A stretch of 61,978 bases of DNA, counting the filler. It is 9 parts of 9 records of this genome, joined end to end, with 100 filler letters (N's around TTAATTAATTAA, not from the genome) between each part and the next. Parts side by side here need not be neighbours in the genome. Positions count along the whole stretch, not along the records: positions 1 to 5,487 come from SRR31156797_46637; positions 5,588 to 10,931 come from SRR31156797_46641; 7 more parts are not named here. One strand, 5' to 3'. A program made the translations under genes and the position numbers. The notes beneath the pieces are model-generated. The model worked only from the letters and a program-made list of their open reading frames with translations, made no database searches and had not been told where the DNA came from. Positions 1 to 10,588 of the stretch are shown here, in pieces; within the stretch, counting starts at the first letter, position 1, and each line of letters starts with the position of its first letter.

Positions 1-28
1 GTACGGAACAGACATGTCTGTTCCGTAC
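1..28. repeat. Perfect 28-bp palindrome (REP-like or terminator hairpin) after uxuA
   Basis: GTACGGAACAGACA-TGTCTGTTCCGTAC is its own reverse complement; lies 7 nt beyond the uxuA stop. Confidence 0.75.
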
Positions 29-35
29 ATTAACT

Positions 36-1082
36 TTAATCTTTAATCTTTTCTATTCCTTCCCAAAGGCCCGCCAAATACATGGCTCCCAGCGCCCTAT
101 CGTACAGGCCATAACCGGGTTTGCCTTCTTCGCCCCAGATCATTCGTCCATGATCAGGACGCATCACACCTTTAAAATCATGTTTTTTATACATTTTCAA
201 TACACCCAGTACATCAACGTCGCCACATTCTGTAGGATGTGCTGTTTCATGAAAGGAATGATCATCCATCATCTTGATATTCCTAACGTGAGCAAATACT
301 ATCCTGTCCGTGGCGGCATATTTATCTGTTAATCTCACCATATCATTTCGCATTTCAGCTCCAAGGGAACCGGTACAAAGTGTTAATCCATTGGATGGTG
401 AATTAACCAAGTTTAAAAATCTATCCAGATCGGTTTCGTCCTTAATGATCCGTGGTAAACCAAATATAGACCAGGGCGGATCATCCGGATGGATTCCCAT
501 GCGAACATCAGATTCTTCTGCGATCGGAATGACCTTCTCAAGGAAGTACTCCAAGTTTTCCCAGAGATCATCTTCACTGATCTGCGAGTATGCATCTATA
601 AGTGCGTTCAATTCATCTTTACCGTACGTGGTTGCCCAACCGGGTAGAGAAAAGGTACCTTCTTTCAAGTCTACCGATGAGATGGTCTCATGATCATAGG
701 ATAGACAGGTCGAGCCGTCCGGCAAGGGCATATACAAGGCTGAACGCGTCCAATCAAAAACAGGCATGAAATTATAACATAGAACCTTGATCCCTGCTTT
801 CCCCATGTTCCGGATGCTTTCGCAATATTTATCGATCCACATATCACGATTATCTTTGCCCAATTTGATATCTTCATGAACGGGAATACTTTCAATGGCT
901 GACCATTCCAACCCTGCCTTCTCGATCTTTGCTTTCAGTTCCAAAATATCTTCTACAGGCCAAACTTCACCCAGTGGAATATGGTAAAGTGCGGACACAA
1001 TACCTTTGATCACGGGCACTTGCCGTATCTGCTCCAAAGTTACCGGATCATCCGGTCCATACCATCTGAAACTTAGATTCAT
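36..1082 (-). CDS. uxuA: Mannonate dehydratase
   Basis: FRWYGPDDPVTL, ESIPVHEDIK, CYNFMPVFDWTR, HPDDPP, RPDHGR and PGYGLYDRALG motifs. Confidence 0.97.
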   Translation of the reverse strand: MNLSFRWYGPDDPVTLEQIRQVPVIKGIVSALYHIPLGEVWPVEDILELKAKIEKAGLEWSAIESIPVHEDIKLGKDNRDMWIDKYCESIRNMGKAGIKVLCYNFMPVFDWTRSALYMPLPDGSTCLSYDHETISSVDLKEGTFSLPGWATTYGKDELNALIDAYSQISEDDLWENLEYFLEKVIPIAEESDVRMGIHPDDPPWSIFGLPRIIKDETDLDRFLNLVNSPSNGLTLCTGSLGAEMRNDMVRLTDKYAATDRIVFAHVRNIKMMDDHSFHETAHPTECGDVDVLGVLKMYKKHDFKGVMRPDHGRMIWGEEGKPGYGLYDRALGAMYLAGLWEGIEKIKD

Positions 1083-1090
1083 TCTATCTC

Positions 1091-1912
1091 CTAAACCCCA
1101 CTGAAAGCGGAAAAGCCGCCGTCAATGGGAACGACGATCCCCGTTACGAATTTTGATGCATCCGAAAGTAACCAAAGAACCGTACCATTCAAATCTTCCG
1201 GATCACCGAATCGTCCCATAGGTGTATGATCCAAAATCTGTTGTCCTCTTGCGGTAAGATCACCGGTTTTTTCATCGTTTAGCAAGAATCTATTCTGTTC
1301 AGTCAGAAAAAATCCGGGAGCAATGGCATTCACTCTGATCTCGGGTGAATAATTCTGTGCCATGTGCACTGCCAGCCATTGTGTAAAATTTGAAACAGCA
1401 GCTTTGGCAGCCGAATAGGAAGCAATTCTTGTCAAGGGCCTGAAAGCATTCATGGATGATACATTCAGGATCACGCCTTTTTTCTTTTCCGAAAAATACT
1501 TTCCAAACACTTGCGAAGGCAGCATGGTACCCAGCAGATTCAAATCATTCACAAATTTCAGGCTTTCTGTGGGAAGATCGAAAAATGACATATTATCCGA
1601 GGTAGTTGCTTTGGGATGATTTCCCCCCGCCCCGTTGATCAAAATATCAACGCATGTGAATTTTTCTCTAACAAATGCCAAGGCATCTTCCAGTGATGCT
1701 TTATCCATCACATCGGTCTTGAATCCGATGACATGCGGATTGATCTTTTGTATAGTTTTGCTGACCTCAAGGATCTTGCTTTCATTGATATCCAGAATAG
1801 CAATATGAGCTCCGGCCTTAGCCAGTGCTTCAGCTAATCCGGCACCTAAGACACCTGCACCTCCGGTGATCACGATCCTTTTTTCTTTTAAATCGAATAT
1901 ATCTTTCATCAT
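1091..1912 (-). CDS. uxuB: D-mannonate oxidoreductase (SDR type, fructuronate reductase)
   Basis: TGGAGVLG, NGAGGNHP, SSMNAFRPLTRI-YSAAK; between uxuA and uxaC. Confidence 0.88.
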   Translation of the reverse strand: MMKDIFDLKEKRIVITGGAGVLGAGLAEALAKAGAHIAILDINESKILEVSKTIQKINPHVIGFKTDVMDKASLEDALAFVREKFTCVDILINGAGGNHPKATTSDNMSFFDLPTESLKFVNDLNLLGTMLPSQVFGKYFSEKKKGVILNVSSMNAFRPLTRIASYSAAKAAVSNFTQWLAVHMAQNYSPEIRVNAIAPGFFLTEQNRFLLNDEKTGDLTARGQQILDHTPMGRFGDPEDLNGTVLWLLSDASKFVTGIVVPIDGGFSAFSGV

Positions 1913-1918
1913 AACTCC

Positions 1919-3217
1919 TTAAAACCCAAATAATTTCGGCAGAACCATAGAGATCCATGGAAAATACGTAACCAACAAGAGTGCCACGATCATTGCAATG
2001 AACAATGGCATCAATGGCTTGATCACTCTGTCTATGCTTGTATTCCCTATGCCGCAGCCCACGAAGAGCACCGACCCCACCGGCGGTGTGCATAAGCCTA
2101 CACTCAAATTCAGTACCATCATGATACCGAAGTGAATGGGCGATATGCCGAGATTGACGACCACCGGCAAGAATATCGGTGTAAATATAAGCACAGCAGG
2201 CGTCATATCCATGAATGTTCCTATAAAAAGAAGTATTAAGTTAATGATCAGCAAGATCAGAATTTTGTTGCTTGTGAGATTTAACAGGAATCCTGAGATG
2301 GTTTGAGGGATATTTTCGTAACTCATGATCCAGCTCATGGCCATGGAAGTTCCTATCAAAAGCATGACGATCGAGGTCGTCATGGCAGATTTCAAGAGGA
2401 TATCACCGATCTCTTTCCATTTGACTTCTTTATAGATCAAAACTGATAAAACGAAAGTATAAAGTACCGCAATTGCCGATGCCTCGGTAGCTGTAAAAAA
2501 TCCTGCCACGATACCGCCGATCACAATAACGATCATCAATAAACTTGGTATAGCATCCAGAAATTTCTTCATGGCTTCTTTGAAAGGTATCCTTGCTGCT
2601 GTGGGATAACCTTTGCGTTTAGATATCACACCCGCAACGACCATCAGCATCAATCCGACCAATATTCCCGGAAGGTACCCTGCTATGAATAGAGCTGCAA
2701 TGGATACACCGCCTGAAGCCAGAGAATACACAATAAGAATATTGCTGGGTGGGATGATCATACCGGTTGTGGATGAGGTAATATTCACGGCAGCCGAAAA
2801 ATCACGATCATAACCCTCTTTCACCATATTGGGAACCATAAATCCACCAATAGCAGCAGCGGCAGCCACAGCAGAACCGGAAATAGCGCCGAAAAGCATG
2901 GCGGCCAGGATATTAACGAATGCAAGTCCACCCGGCAGCCAACCAACCAGAACTTTTGCAAATTCGATCAGTCTACGCGCAATACCTCCGCGGTTCATAA
3001 ATTGACCGCTGAGAATAAAGAAAGGGATGGCCAGCAAGGCAAAACTATCCAATCCTGTTGCCATGCGTTGTGCGACTGTCGTAACCGTCGGCAGAACATC
3101 AATAGAAAGCAACATCGTCGCCAAAGAAGAAATACCGATGGAAATAGAAATCGGTACACCAATAACCAGCAATGCGAGAAAAACGATCACAAGGATGAGT
3201 ACACTGGTAATGCCCAT
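1919..3217 (-). CDS. dctM: TRAP transporter large permease
   Basis: LLAIPFFIL, FGAISGSAVA, IIPPS, GLCTPPVG; probable start ATG at 3217 overlaps the dctQ stop (TAATG). Confidence 0.93.
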   Translation of the reverse strand: MGITSVLILVIVFLALLVIGVPISISIGISSLATMLLSIDVLPTVTTVAQRMATGLDSFALLAIPFFILSGQFMNRGGIARRLIEFAKVLVGWLPGGLAFVNILAAMLFGAISGSAVAAAAAIGGFMVPNMVKEGYDRDFSAAVNITSSTTGMIIPPSNILIVYSLASGGVSIAALFIAGYLPGILVGLMLMVVAGVISKRKGYPTAARIPFKEAMKKFLDAIPSLLMIVIVIGGIVAGFFTATEASAIAVLYTFVLSVLIYKEVKWKEIGDILLKSAMTTSIVMLLIGTSMAMSWIMSYENIPQTISGFLLNLTSNKILILLIINLILLFIGTFMDMTPAVLIFTPIFLPVVVNLGISPIHFGIMMVLNLSVGLCTPPVGSVLFVGCGIGNTSIDRVIKPLMPLFIAMIVALLLVTYFPWISMVLPKLFGF

Positions 3218-3696
3218 TATGCCCTCCCCTCTTTGATCGTCAGGATCATGTTCTCGATGCCATAAAAACACATCAGCAAACCGCTTAAAGGAACCGCCAG
3301 ATAGACGTATCCCAGTTTGATCTGCAAAGCTGCGGATATCTGTTCAAGTTGAAAGGTCAAATTGACAAGATAGGATCCACCTACAACCATAACAGACAGT
3401 GCAAAAAGTAGAATAAACGCATTGATCACGATATCCAGACGTCGACGAATTGTTTCGCTGACCTTTTGTTTGAGAATATCAATAGCCAAATGGATCTTTT
3501 TACCAATTCCGTAGGCCGCTCCAAGCAATCCGATCCAGATCAACAGAAACCGTGCGATCTCTTCAGTGTATGACGAAGGATTTTGTAGAATAAAGCGTGT
3601 TGCTACCTGCCATAGCACATTCAAAACGCTTGCTCCCATCAGGACGATCAGAATGATTTCCAAAACTTTATCAACTTTATTTCTAATTTTCTCCAT
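3217..3696 (-). CDS. dctQ: TRAP transporter small permease
   Basis: Four TM segments, QVATRF, TEEIARFLLIW, HLAID. Confidence 0.92.
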   Translation of the reverse strand: MEKIRNKVDKVLEIILIVLMGASVLNVLWQVATRFILQNPSSYTEEIARFLLIWIGLLGAAYGIGKKIHLAIDILKQKVSETIRRRLDIVINAFILLFALSVMVVGGSYLVNLTFQLEQISAALQIKLGYVYLAVPLSGLLMCFYGIENMILTIKEGRA

Positions 3697-3697
3697 A

Positions 3698-4675
3698 TTA
3701 TTCCATGCCCCTTATTCTGATGATCATATTACTCAAAACGGGGTCTTTTAGATACTTGTCGTATAAAATCTCGATCTTATCCTTGAACAGAGATTTGTCC
3801 GCTGTTTTTATCGTCACTCCATTCTTTTCCAATTCACTCAAAGCATGCTGAGTGGATTCATTCCACAGCACTTTTTGATGCTGTGCCGATTCATCGGCCG
3901 CTTTCTGCACCCAGGATCGTTCTTCATCGCTCAGGCTATTCCAAACCGTGGTGCTCATCACCAGCACATCCGGTACGGATGTATGTTCATCAAGCGTGTA
4001 ATATTTACATACTTCATAATGATGCGAGAGATAGAAACTGGGTGGATTATTCTCTGCACCATCAACTATTCCCTGTTGAAGCGCTGTGTAAAGTTCACCC
4101 CAGGAGATCGGAGTTGCAGAACCGCCCATGGTATTGACCATTTCAATGGCTGTAGGGGAACCCATCACACGGATCTTCAGTCCTTTCAAGTCTTCCGGAT
4201 CATTAATTTGCTCTTCTTTAGTGTAAAATGAGCGTGAGCCGGCATCATAGTAACACAATCCTCTGAATCGGGACTCCTTCCCTTTCAGCAAAAGCTCTTT
4301 ACCCACTTCACTTTCCAGCACCTTAAAGCGATGTTCATCGTTAGTAAAAATGTAGGGCAAATTAAATACTCTAAATTCAGGTATAAAACCTTCAAGTGTG
4401 TTCGCAGAGACCTTGGTCATTGCCAAAGATCCTATCTGCAGTAATTCCAGCGATTCTCTTTCGTTACCCAATTGATTTCCGGGATAGACTTTGATCTGAA
4501 GACTGCCGTCAGAATACTCTAACAATCGCTCCGCCATAAATTCCATCGCCTTATGGACAGGATGCTGGACATCCAAACCATGCGATAAACGCAGGATCTT
4601 TCCGCTTTGCCTGCCTGAACAAGCACTCAGAAATATCAGGATCAATACCAGGAAGATGTATTTTTTCATTTTCAT
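3698..4675 (-). CDS. dctP: TRAP substrate-binding lipoprotein (probably hexuronate)
   Basis: Lipobox LSAC, QLGNERE, DLKGLKIRV, ELYTALQQGIVDGAENN. Confidence 0.93.
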   Translation of the reverse strand: MKMKKYIFLVLILIFLSACSGRQSGKILRLSHGLDVQHPVHKAMEFMAERLLEYSDGSLQIKVYPGNQLGNERESLELLQIGSLAMTKVSANTLEGFIPEFRVFNLPYIFTNDEHRFKVLESEVGKELLLKGKESRFRGLCYYDAGSRSFYTKEEQINDPEDLKGLKIRVMGSPTAIEMVNTMGGSATPISWGELYTALQQGIVDGAENNPPSFYLSHHYEVCKYYTLDEHTSVPDVLVMSTTVWNSLSDEERSWVQKAADESAQHQKVLWNESTQHALSELEKNGVTIKTADKSLFKDKIEILYDKYLKDPVLSNMIIRIRGME

Positions 4676-5487
4676 ATCTTAAATAACCTTTTGGTCAAGC
4701 CGTATGCCAATTCTTTCATAATCTTATGCGCTTCAGTTTCATCAATAATGCCTCGTAGAACCATTTCTGCTAAATAATCCGCATCCACCCTGCGAGCGAT
4801 CTCATGTCGGATCGGAATGGACGGCAAAGCACGCGTATCATCCACAAATCCGGTCAAATTATAAAATCCCGCTGTTTCAACCACGGCTTCCTTAAAACGT
4901 CTCATTCCCTGGAAACTGTCATTGAACCACCAGGCAGGCCCCAGATGCATGGCGGGAAAATATCCTGCCAAAGGTGCAAGTTCTCTTGAATATGTTGTTT
5001 CATCCAAGGTATAAACGATCAATTTAAAATTTTCATTGCTACCATAGAGGTTCAGCAATTCTCTCAAGTTATGTGTGTATTCGGTCTTGACCGGAATATC
5101 ACACCCTTTATCTGCACCATACTGCATATACAACTTGGAAGCATAATTTCGATATACTCCAGGATGGATCTGCATGACCAATCCGTCTTCAGAACTCATT
5201 TCAGCCATGACCATCAGCATATGAGCGGTAAATTCCGCCCGATCTTTTGCAAAGACTTGACCATGAAGCGCTTTATTATAGATATGTGCTGCAGCTTCAT
5301 CAGACAGTCTGTGTGTATAAGGTGATAAAACACCGTGATCTGTCGAATTACATCCCAAGGCAATAAAATCTTTTCTTCTTTTTCTTAATGCTTCAATAAA
5401 ATCTTGATATGTATTGCAATAAATACCGCTGATCTCTGATAGTCTTTGAATATTTTCCAACCAGTTCGGATTCATGATATCTGTGAC
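4672..5487 (-). CDS. uxaC: Uronate isomerase, 5'-truncated by contig end
   Basis: STDHG, VMQIHPG, YSRELAPLAG, GPAWWFND, GFVDDTRA. Confidence 0.93.
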   Translation of the reverse strand, partial: VTDIMNPNWLENIQRLSEISGIYCNTYQDFIEALRKRRKDFIALGCNSTDHGVLSPYTHRLSDEAAAHIYNKALHGQVFAKDRAEFTAHMLMVMAEMSSEDGLVMQIHPGVYRNYASKLYMQYGADKGCDIPVKTEYTHNLRELLNLYGSNENFKLIVYTLDETTYSRELAPLAGYFPAMHLGPAWWFNDSFQGMRRFKEAVVETAGFYNLTGFVDDTRALPSIPIRHEIARRVDADYLAEMVLRGIIDETEAHKIMKELAYGLTKRLFKI

Positions 5488-5587
5488 NNNNNNNNNNNNN
5501 NNNNNNNNNNNNNNNNNNNNNNNNNNNNNNNTTAATTAATTAANNNNNNNNNNNNNNNNNNNNNNNNNNNNNNNNNNNNNNNNNNNN
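5488..5587. other. Artificial contig spacer; identical spacers at 10932-11031, 20918-21017, 28087-28186, 34132-34231, 39988-40087, 49676-49775, 56641-56740
   Basis: 100-nt N runs containing TTAATTAATTAA (stops in all frames); gene content and composition change abruptly across them. Confidence 0.98.
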
Positions 5588-6514
5588 AGGTTGTCTCCAT
5601 TGGTGGGCAATATTTCCAAGCATCTCTCCAAGTGAAGCAAGCTTTGATTGCTGGAACATGATTAAATCTTTTTTTCTAGAGTTTGCTACTTCTTTTTGGA
5701 TTTTTATTTCAAGATAGTCATTAAGCTCTTGTAACTCTTTTGTTTTCTCATCAACGGCATCTTCAAGTCTAAAGTGAAGTTTTCTAAAGTTATTAATTAG
5801 TAAAATTGATAAAATAATTGAGAATAAAAACACAAATACAATAGAGATATTTAATACAGTTGTTAAGGTACTAAATGTTTTTAATGTTTCTCTTCTTTCA
5901 CTAATTGCTAGGTTTAGGTCATAGTTAGAAAGATTTGTAATATAAATATTTATTGAATTAATCTCAAAATAGATTTCATTGATTAGCTCTGAGGTTTCTT
6001 GTGATTGACCTTCTTCTAAAAGTTTTACAGCCCTTTGGATTTTTCTATGTAACTCTAAAATCTTATTGTTTATATTTGAAATAATACTATCTTGTAAAAT
6101 TTGACTACTAGAGTGATAAGTTACCCCAAAAAGCTCATTGATTTTTCTAGTAACATAAGACTTTTTAAAATTTGCATCTTTTGATGTCTTTAGATAACTA
6201 TCCCAGTTTTTATTGATAAGTTGTTGCCCTAGAAGAATTATCTCTTTAGATTGTTTTATCGAGATATTGTTTTTTTGTATATCATATAAAGTGTCATAGA
6301 TATTTATTTTGTAAGTATCTTTTATCTTTTCTAGTTTGATAATAGGTTTAGTTCTTTTTTCAAAAAGAATATCAAAGTCATTTTTTAAAGTGTAAATTGA
6401 TATTTGAGAAAGAATAATAATAGAAATCATTCCTCCTGTGATAATAAATATTAAGATAGAAGTTTTATAAGAAAAGGGTAAATCGTCGAAATAAGACCAA
6501 ATTTTTTTAATCAT
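5588..6514 (-). CDS. Sensor histidine kinase (2 TM, helical periplasmic domain), 3'-truncated
   Basis: Two TM helices, coiled coil, H-box QQSKLASLGEMLGNIAHQWRQP typical of Campylobacterota kinases. Confidence 0.9.
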
Positions 6515-7652
6515 ATTTTATCTCTTTGAAGTTATTGTTTTTATATTCGTATAGATATACTTTATTTAGAAGTTGATGATTTTTATATTCAAGCTTTATG
6601 CCTTCTAATGTATTAGTAGGTAGGCTTTTAATAGCTTTTAAAAACTTAGCTTGTGTTATATCCCCATCAATTTGTCTTATTGCTTCAACAGTTGTTTTAG
6701 CAGCAAGGAAAGATTCTAAAGAGATAAACCCTAAAGGCTCTTTAGGAAAATACTTTTTCATTATGTTTCTATACTCAGCTACTATTCTGATTCTATTATC
6801 ATAATATGGTGGAACAACTTGTGAAAAAAGAATATTTGATGTTGAATCATTAAGTTCATTTACCATTTCATTTGCATCACCAAATGAGATATTACAGAAA
6901 ATTGTATCTTTAAAACTTTCATCTTCTTTAGCTTTTTTTATAAAATGAGCATTTGCTTCGTATGCTCCAATCATAATTATTGCTTCAGGATTGTGTGATT
7001 TGATTTCTAAAAAGGCATGTCTTATTGAAAGAGTATTTCTTTTATACATTCCTTCACCTTCAATATTTAACCTTTTATTACTAAGAGATTTAATTAGTGA
7101 TACATAACCTTCTTCCCCAAAGGTATCATTTTGATAGAAGACTGCAAATTTTTTTATGCCTTTGTTATCATGCAAGTATGTGACAATTTGATCAATCTCT
7201 TCTTGATAAGAACTTCTAAAGTTTATAAAGCTAGAAAGTTGTTCATTTCTTAAAAATGAAGCTCCTGTAAATGGAGCAATAAATGGAACCTCTAATTTAG
7301 TAAGCTCTGGCAAGATGTTTTTAACTGTAGGTGTTCCAACAAATCCAAAAAGAGCAAAAAGCCTATTGCTATCAATAAGTTTACTTAAGTTCTCTTTAGT
7401 AAGTTCAGGCTCGTATTTATCATCATACCAAAGAAGCTTGATTTTTTTGTTATCAGGAAGAAGTCCTATTTCATTTGCGTAATTAAAATATGCATTGGCT
7501 CCCACATATACATTATGGCCCATGGCTTTCATAATACCCGTTTTAGGAAGAGATGTTCCTAAATATAAAGTGTCTTCATTAAATTCATTTCTATTTAATT
7601 TAAAATAGCTTAAAATAAATATTAAAATAAATATTAAAATATATTTTATCAA
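6507..7652 (-). CDS. Periplasmic binding protein, type 1 (LivK-like)
   Basis: DDKYEP, LFGFVGTPT, PFTGASFLR, NFRSSY, FYQNDTFG; overlaps the kinase start by 8 nt. Confidence 0.85.
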   Translation of the reverse strand: MIKYILIFILIFILSYFKLNRNEFNEDTLYLGTSLPKTGIMKAMGHNVYVGANAYFNYANEIGLLPDNKKIKLLWYDDKYEPELTKENLSKLIDSNRLFALFGFVGTPTVKNILPELTKLEVPFIAPFTGASFLRNEQLSSFINFRSSYQEEIDQIVTYLHDNKGIKKFAVFYQNDTFGEEGYVSLIKSLSNKRLNIEGEGMYKRNTLSIRHAFLEIKSHNPEAIIMIGAYEANAHFIKKAKEDESFKDTIFCNISFGDANEMVNELNDSTSNILFSQVVPPYYDNRIRIVAEYRNIMKKYFPKEPLGFISLESFLAAKTTVEAIRQIDGDITQAKFLKAIKSLPTNTLEGIKLEYKNHQLLNKVYLYEYKNNNFKEIKYD

Positions 7653-7818
7653 ATAAAATCCTATATTTTTTTAAGATTATAGCATAACAGTCAAACAAAT
7701 TTTACCAAAAAGTAACAGTTTTAAAACAAAAGGTAAACTATATTTAACTTTTTAAGTTTCATATAAGTTTTAAGTTAATAGAATTAAGTAAAATATTTTT
7801 TACCAAAAGGCATAGGTT

Positions 7819-9513
7819 ATGCAGGAATTTATATATTATAACAAAGATGGAATAGATTTTCCATTACCTGAAACAATTTTTGTAACTCAAAGTTTATCGA
7901 ATATCCCTCAAAATGAATATATTGTATCAAATACAAAAGGTACTCAAGCAGAACTTGTAGCCGATGAAATTGATTTTTATATTAAGAACTCTCAAGACTC
8001 TTTTGCAAGTAAAATTAAAAATGTAGAAAAACTTTATGAAGTAAATGCAATTAGATTTGATAATGCAAAAGATATCACATTTACACAAGATGTATCAAAC
8101 TCTGTGTTATTAGTTAGTGACGATGAGCAAAAGAAACAAGTTTTAAAATCTATGGTTCCTGATGAGTTTAACCTATTTCATGTAAATGAAAATATAATTA
8201 AAGATATTAATGGTCACATTGGTAATTTAACAATTGTTGTAGATGATGATGGTGAAGATGTTGAGTTAAGAGTAGATCAAATCATTTGGTTTGATGAAAA
8301 AGAGTTGGGATTAAAACAAAGCGGTTGTTTTGACCCACTAAAAAGCTCAATTGATGATGTATTAGCAACAGTAAGACAAAATATAACTAATTATCAATAT
8401 AGAAAATTCACTACATATGATAAAACAATCTGTCAATACCATGAAAGAAGAGAAGAAATCTGTTCTAAGTGTGAAGAAGTATGCCCAACGGTTGCAATTG
8501 TAAAAGATGATTCTAAAAAACACTTAGAGTTTTCACAAGTAGATTGTCATGGTTGTGGTGGATGTGTTTCAGTATGTCCAAGTGGGGCAATTGATTATGC
8601 ACCAACATCAAGAGACTCTATTTTTGAAATGGCAGAACTTTATGAAGACACTCATCCTTTAATAGTTCCTCAAAAAATGAATATCTCAAATTTAGATATT
8701 GAAATAAAAGAGAATGTTTTACCTTTTGCTATTGATGGTGAAAAATTCTTGGATGAATCTACTTTATTAACAATTTCACAAATTGCTGGTTCTCAACTTG
8801 TTTTCTATACTGATTTTATCTCTAAAGGAAGTGGAGATGCAATTAGAATTGTAAATGATATCTATCGAAGTAAATATGGTAAAGATGCAATTTTAGTTGC
8901 AATGAATGAAGAAGAGTTGAAAATTGCATTAGAAGAAGTATCTTTTATAGAAGATTCTCATTTTAATTTCAATCAAGATGGACTTAAGAAAAGAGAAGTT
9001 TTCTCTCACAGAGTACAAAGAATTGTTGGTGAAGATGACTTAGGAGAAGTTAAAACAGGTGAGCATGTACACTATGGACTTGTAAAAGTAAATGAAGATA
9101 AATGTACTCTTTGTCTAGTTTGTGTAGGAGCCTGTAATGTGGATGCATTACAAGCTGATGCATCCGATAATACACTAAGATTAAACCCTTCTTTATGTAC
9201 TTCATGTGGTTATTGTGAAGTTTCATGTCCAGAAGCAGATTGTTTAACTATTGAAAGAGATGTTATTAAATTAACTCCATCTTGGTTTAAAGAGAATATT
9301 TTAGCTCAAGATGAATTATTTGCATGTGTAGAGTGTGGTAAAGAGTTTGCTACTAAAAAATCAATTGATAAGATTGCAACAATGATGGGACCTATCTTTG
9401 CAGTTGATCCTGTTAAAGAAAGATCTTTATACTGTTGTGCAGATTGTAAACCAAAAATTATGATGCAAAACTATTATGACCAAAAGAAAGAAGGAATTGT
9501 AAATGCAAGATAA
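7819..9513 (+). CDS. Fdh-associated multi-[4Fe-4S] protein
   Basis: Four CxxCxxCxxxC-type motifs (CSKCEEVCP, CHGCGGCVSVCP, CTLCLVCVGAC, CTSCGYCEVSCP) plus CVEC...CADC. Confidence 0.88.
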   Translation: MQEFIYYNKDGIDFPLPETIFVTQSLSNIPQNEYIVSNTKGTQAELVADEIDFYIKNSQDSFASKIKNVEKLYEVNAIRFDNAKDITFTQDVSNSVLLVSDDEQKKQVLKSMVPDEFNLFHVNENIIKDINGHIGNLTIVVDDDGEDVELRVDQIIWFDEKELGLKQSGCFDPLKSSIDDVLATVRQNITNYQYRKFTTYDKTICQYHERREEICSKCEEVCPTVAIVKDDSKKHLEFSQVDCHGCGGCVSVCPSGAIDYAPTSRDSIFEMAELYEDTHPLIVPQKMNISNLDIEIKENVLPFAIDGEKFLDESTLLTISQIAGSQLVFYTDFISKGSGDAIRIVNDIYRSKYGKDAILVAMNEEELKIALEEVSFIEDSHFNFNQDGLKKREVFSHRVQRIVGEDDLGEVKTGEHVHYGLVKVNEDKCTLCLVCVGACNVDALQADASDNTLRLNPSLCTSCGYCEVSCPEADCLTIERDVIKLTPSWFKENILAQDELFACVECGKEFATKKSIDKIATMMGPIFAVDPVKERSLYCCADCKPKIMMQNYYDQKKEGIVNAR

Positions 9514-10276
9514 TCAAGCAATAAACAAAGCAAGAGCTTTATACTATAACTTATTTGCAAACTTTTTTGTTCCTGCATCAGATGTAGAGAACTATTTAGA
9601 GTTAGTTAAATTAGTGGATATTTTAAAGAAAAGTCCTCTTGATACAAATTCAGGAAAGGCTTTGGAAAAAATTAGTGAATTACTTGACCCAACTTCAAAT
9701 ATAGCACTTCTTCAAGAGTATGATGAAATTTTCCATAACCCAACTTCTAAAAATATTAGAACAACTGCTTCTTATTATGATGAAGGTGTAGAGTCTGGTA
9801 AAAAAAGAGTTGAAATGATTAACTTTGTTGGAAAAACAAAATTAAGAAGAAATGAGAAGAAATATCATGAGTATGAAGATTCAGTAGGATTTATTTTCTC
9901 TTTAATGGCTCAACTTTCTGATTTAATTGCACAAGATGAAAAAGAGTATGAAAATACGGTTCACTGTATTTTTGCACAAATCTTAAATGATTTTATAGAT
10001 GAGTTTGCAAAAGAGCTTTATGAGCATAATAGTGCAGTTTTATATAGAGAACTAATAGTAGTTCTACACTCTTTTGTAGAGTTTGAAAGACTTTACCTTG
10101 AAGTATCAAAATCTGTACCAAAAGAGAAGGTTGAAAAAGTTCAAGCTTGTGAAGTTGAAGAGATTTCAGAAGAAGAGAAAGAAAGACGTGCAAGAAATAA
10201 AGCATTAAAAGCACAAGGACCAAAAGAAGAAGCTTGTCCAGTTGACATTGCATATGATGTTGAGGATAATATTTAG
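9503..10276 (+). CDS. TorD/DmsD-family molybdoenzyme chaperone
   Basis: RALYYNLFA, EYDEIF, ASYYDEG, YEDSVG; upstream of fdhA. Confidence 0.82.
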   Translation: MQDNQAINKARALYYNLFANFFVPASDVENYLELVKLVDILKKSPLDTNSGKALEKISELLDPTSNIALLQEYDEIFHNPTSKNIRTTASYYDEGVESGKKRVEMINFVGKTKLRRNEKKYHEYEDSVGFIFSLMAQLSDLIAQDEKEYENTVHCIFAQILNDFIDEFAKELYEHNSAVLYRELIVVLHSFVEFERLYLEVSKSVPKEKVEKVQACEVEEISEEEKERRARNKALKAQGPKEEACPVDIAYDVEDNI

Positions 10277-10298
10277 TAAAAGGTTTTCCTTTTACTAA
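10273..10298 (+). terminator. Intergenic hairpin (terminator or mRNA stabiliser)
   Basis: TTAGTAAAAGG-TTTT-CCTTTTACTAA perfect 11-bp stem; a second imperfect hairpin follows at about 10299-10340. Confidence 0.5.
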
Positions 10299-10375
10299 GG
10301 GGTTTTATAAAGAAAGTAAAGCTTTTTTTATAAAGTCTCTTAATCGGGGGCTTAATTTCTATAAGGAGGTCAGTC

Positions 10376-10588
10376 ATGCAACAAAGCAGAAGAGATTTCG
10401 CAAAGAAAACTGCAATTGTTACAGCTGGTGCAGCAGTAGCTGCAGGAACTAGCGTATTGGCTGCTACTGGTAATTCATCTAGGCAAGATGATTCAAATAA
10501 TGGTGTTGTAAAGGGAAGTTCTAGAAAAAAAGAGATCCTTTATAAAAAAAGTGCGGCTTGGGAAGAATTCTATAGAACCGCTAAATAA
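10376..10588 (+). CDS. Small Tat-signal protein of formate dehydrogenase regions
   Basis: SRRDFAKK twin-arginine motif, C-terminal WEEFYRTAK; SD AAGGAGG. Confidence 0.8.
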   Translation: MQQSRRDFAKKTAIVTAGAAVAAGTSVLAATGNSSRQDDSNNGVVKGSSRKKEILYKKSAAWEEFYRTAK

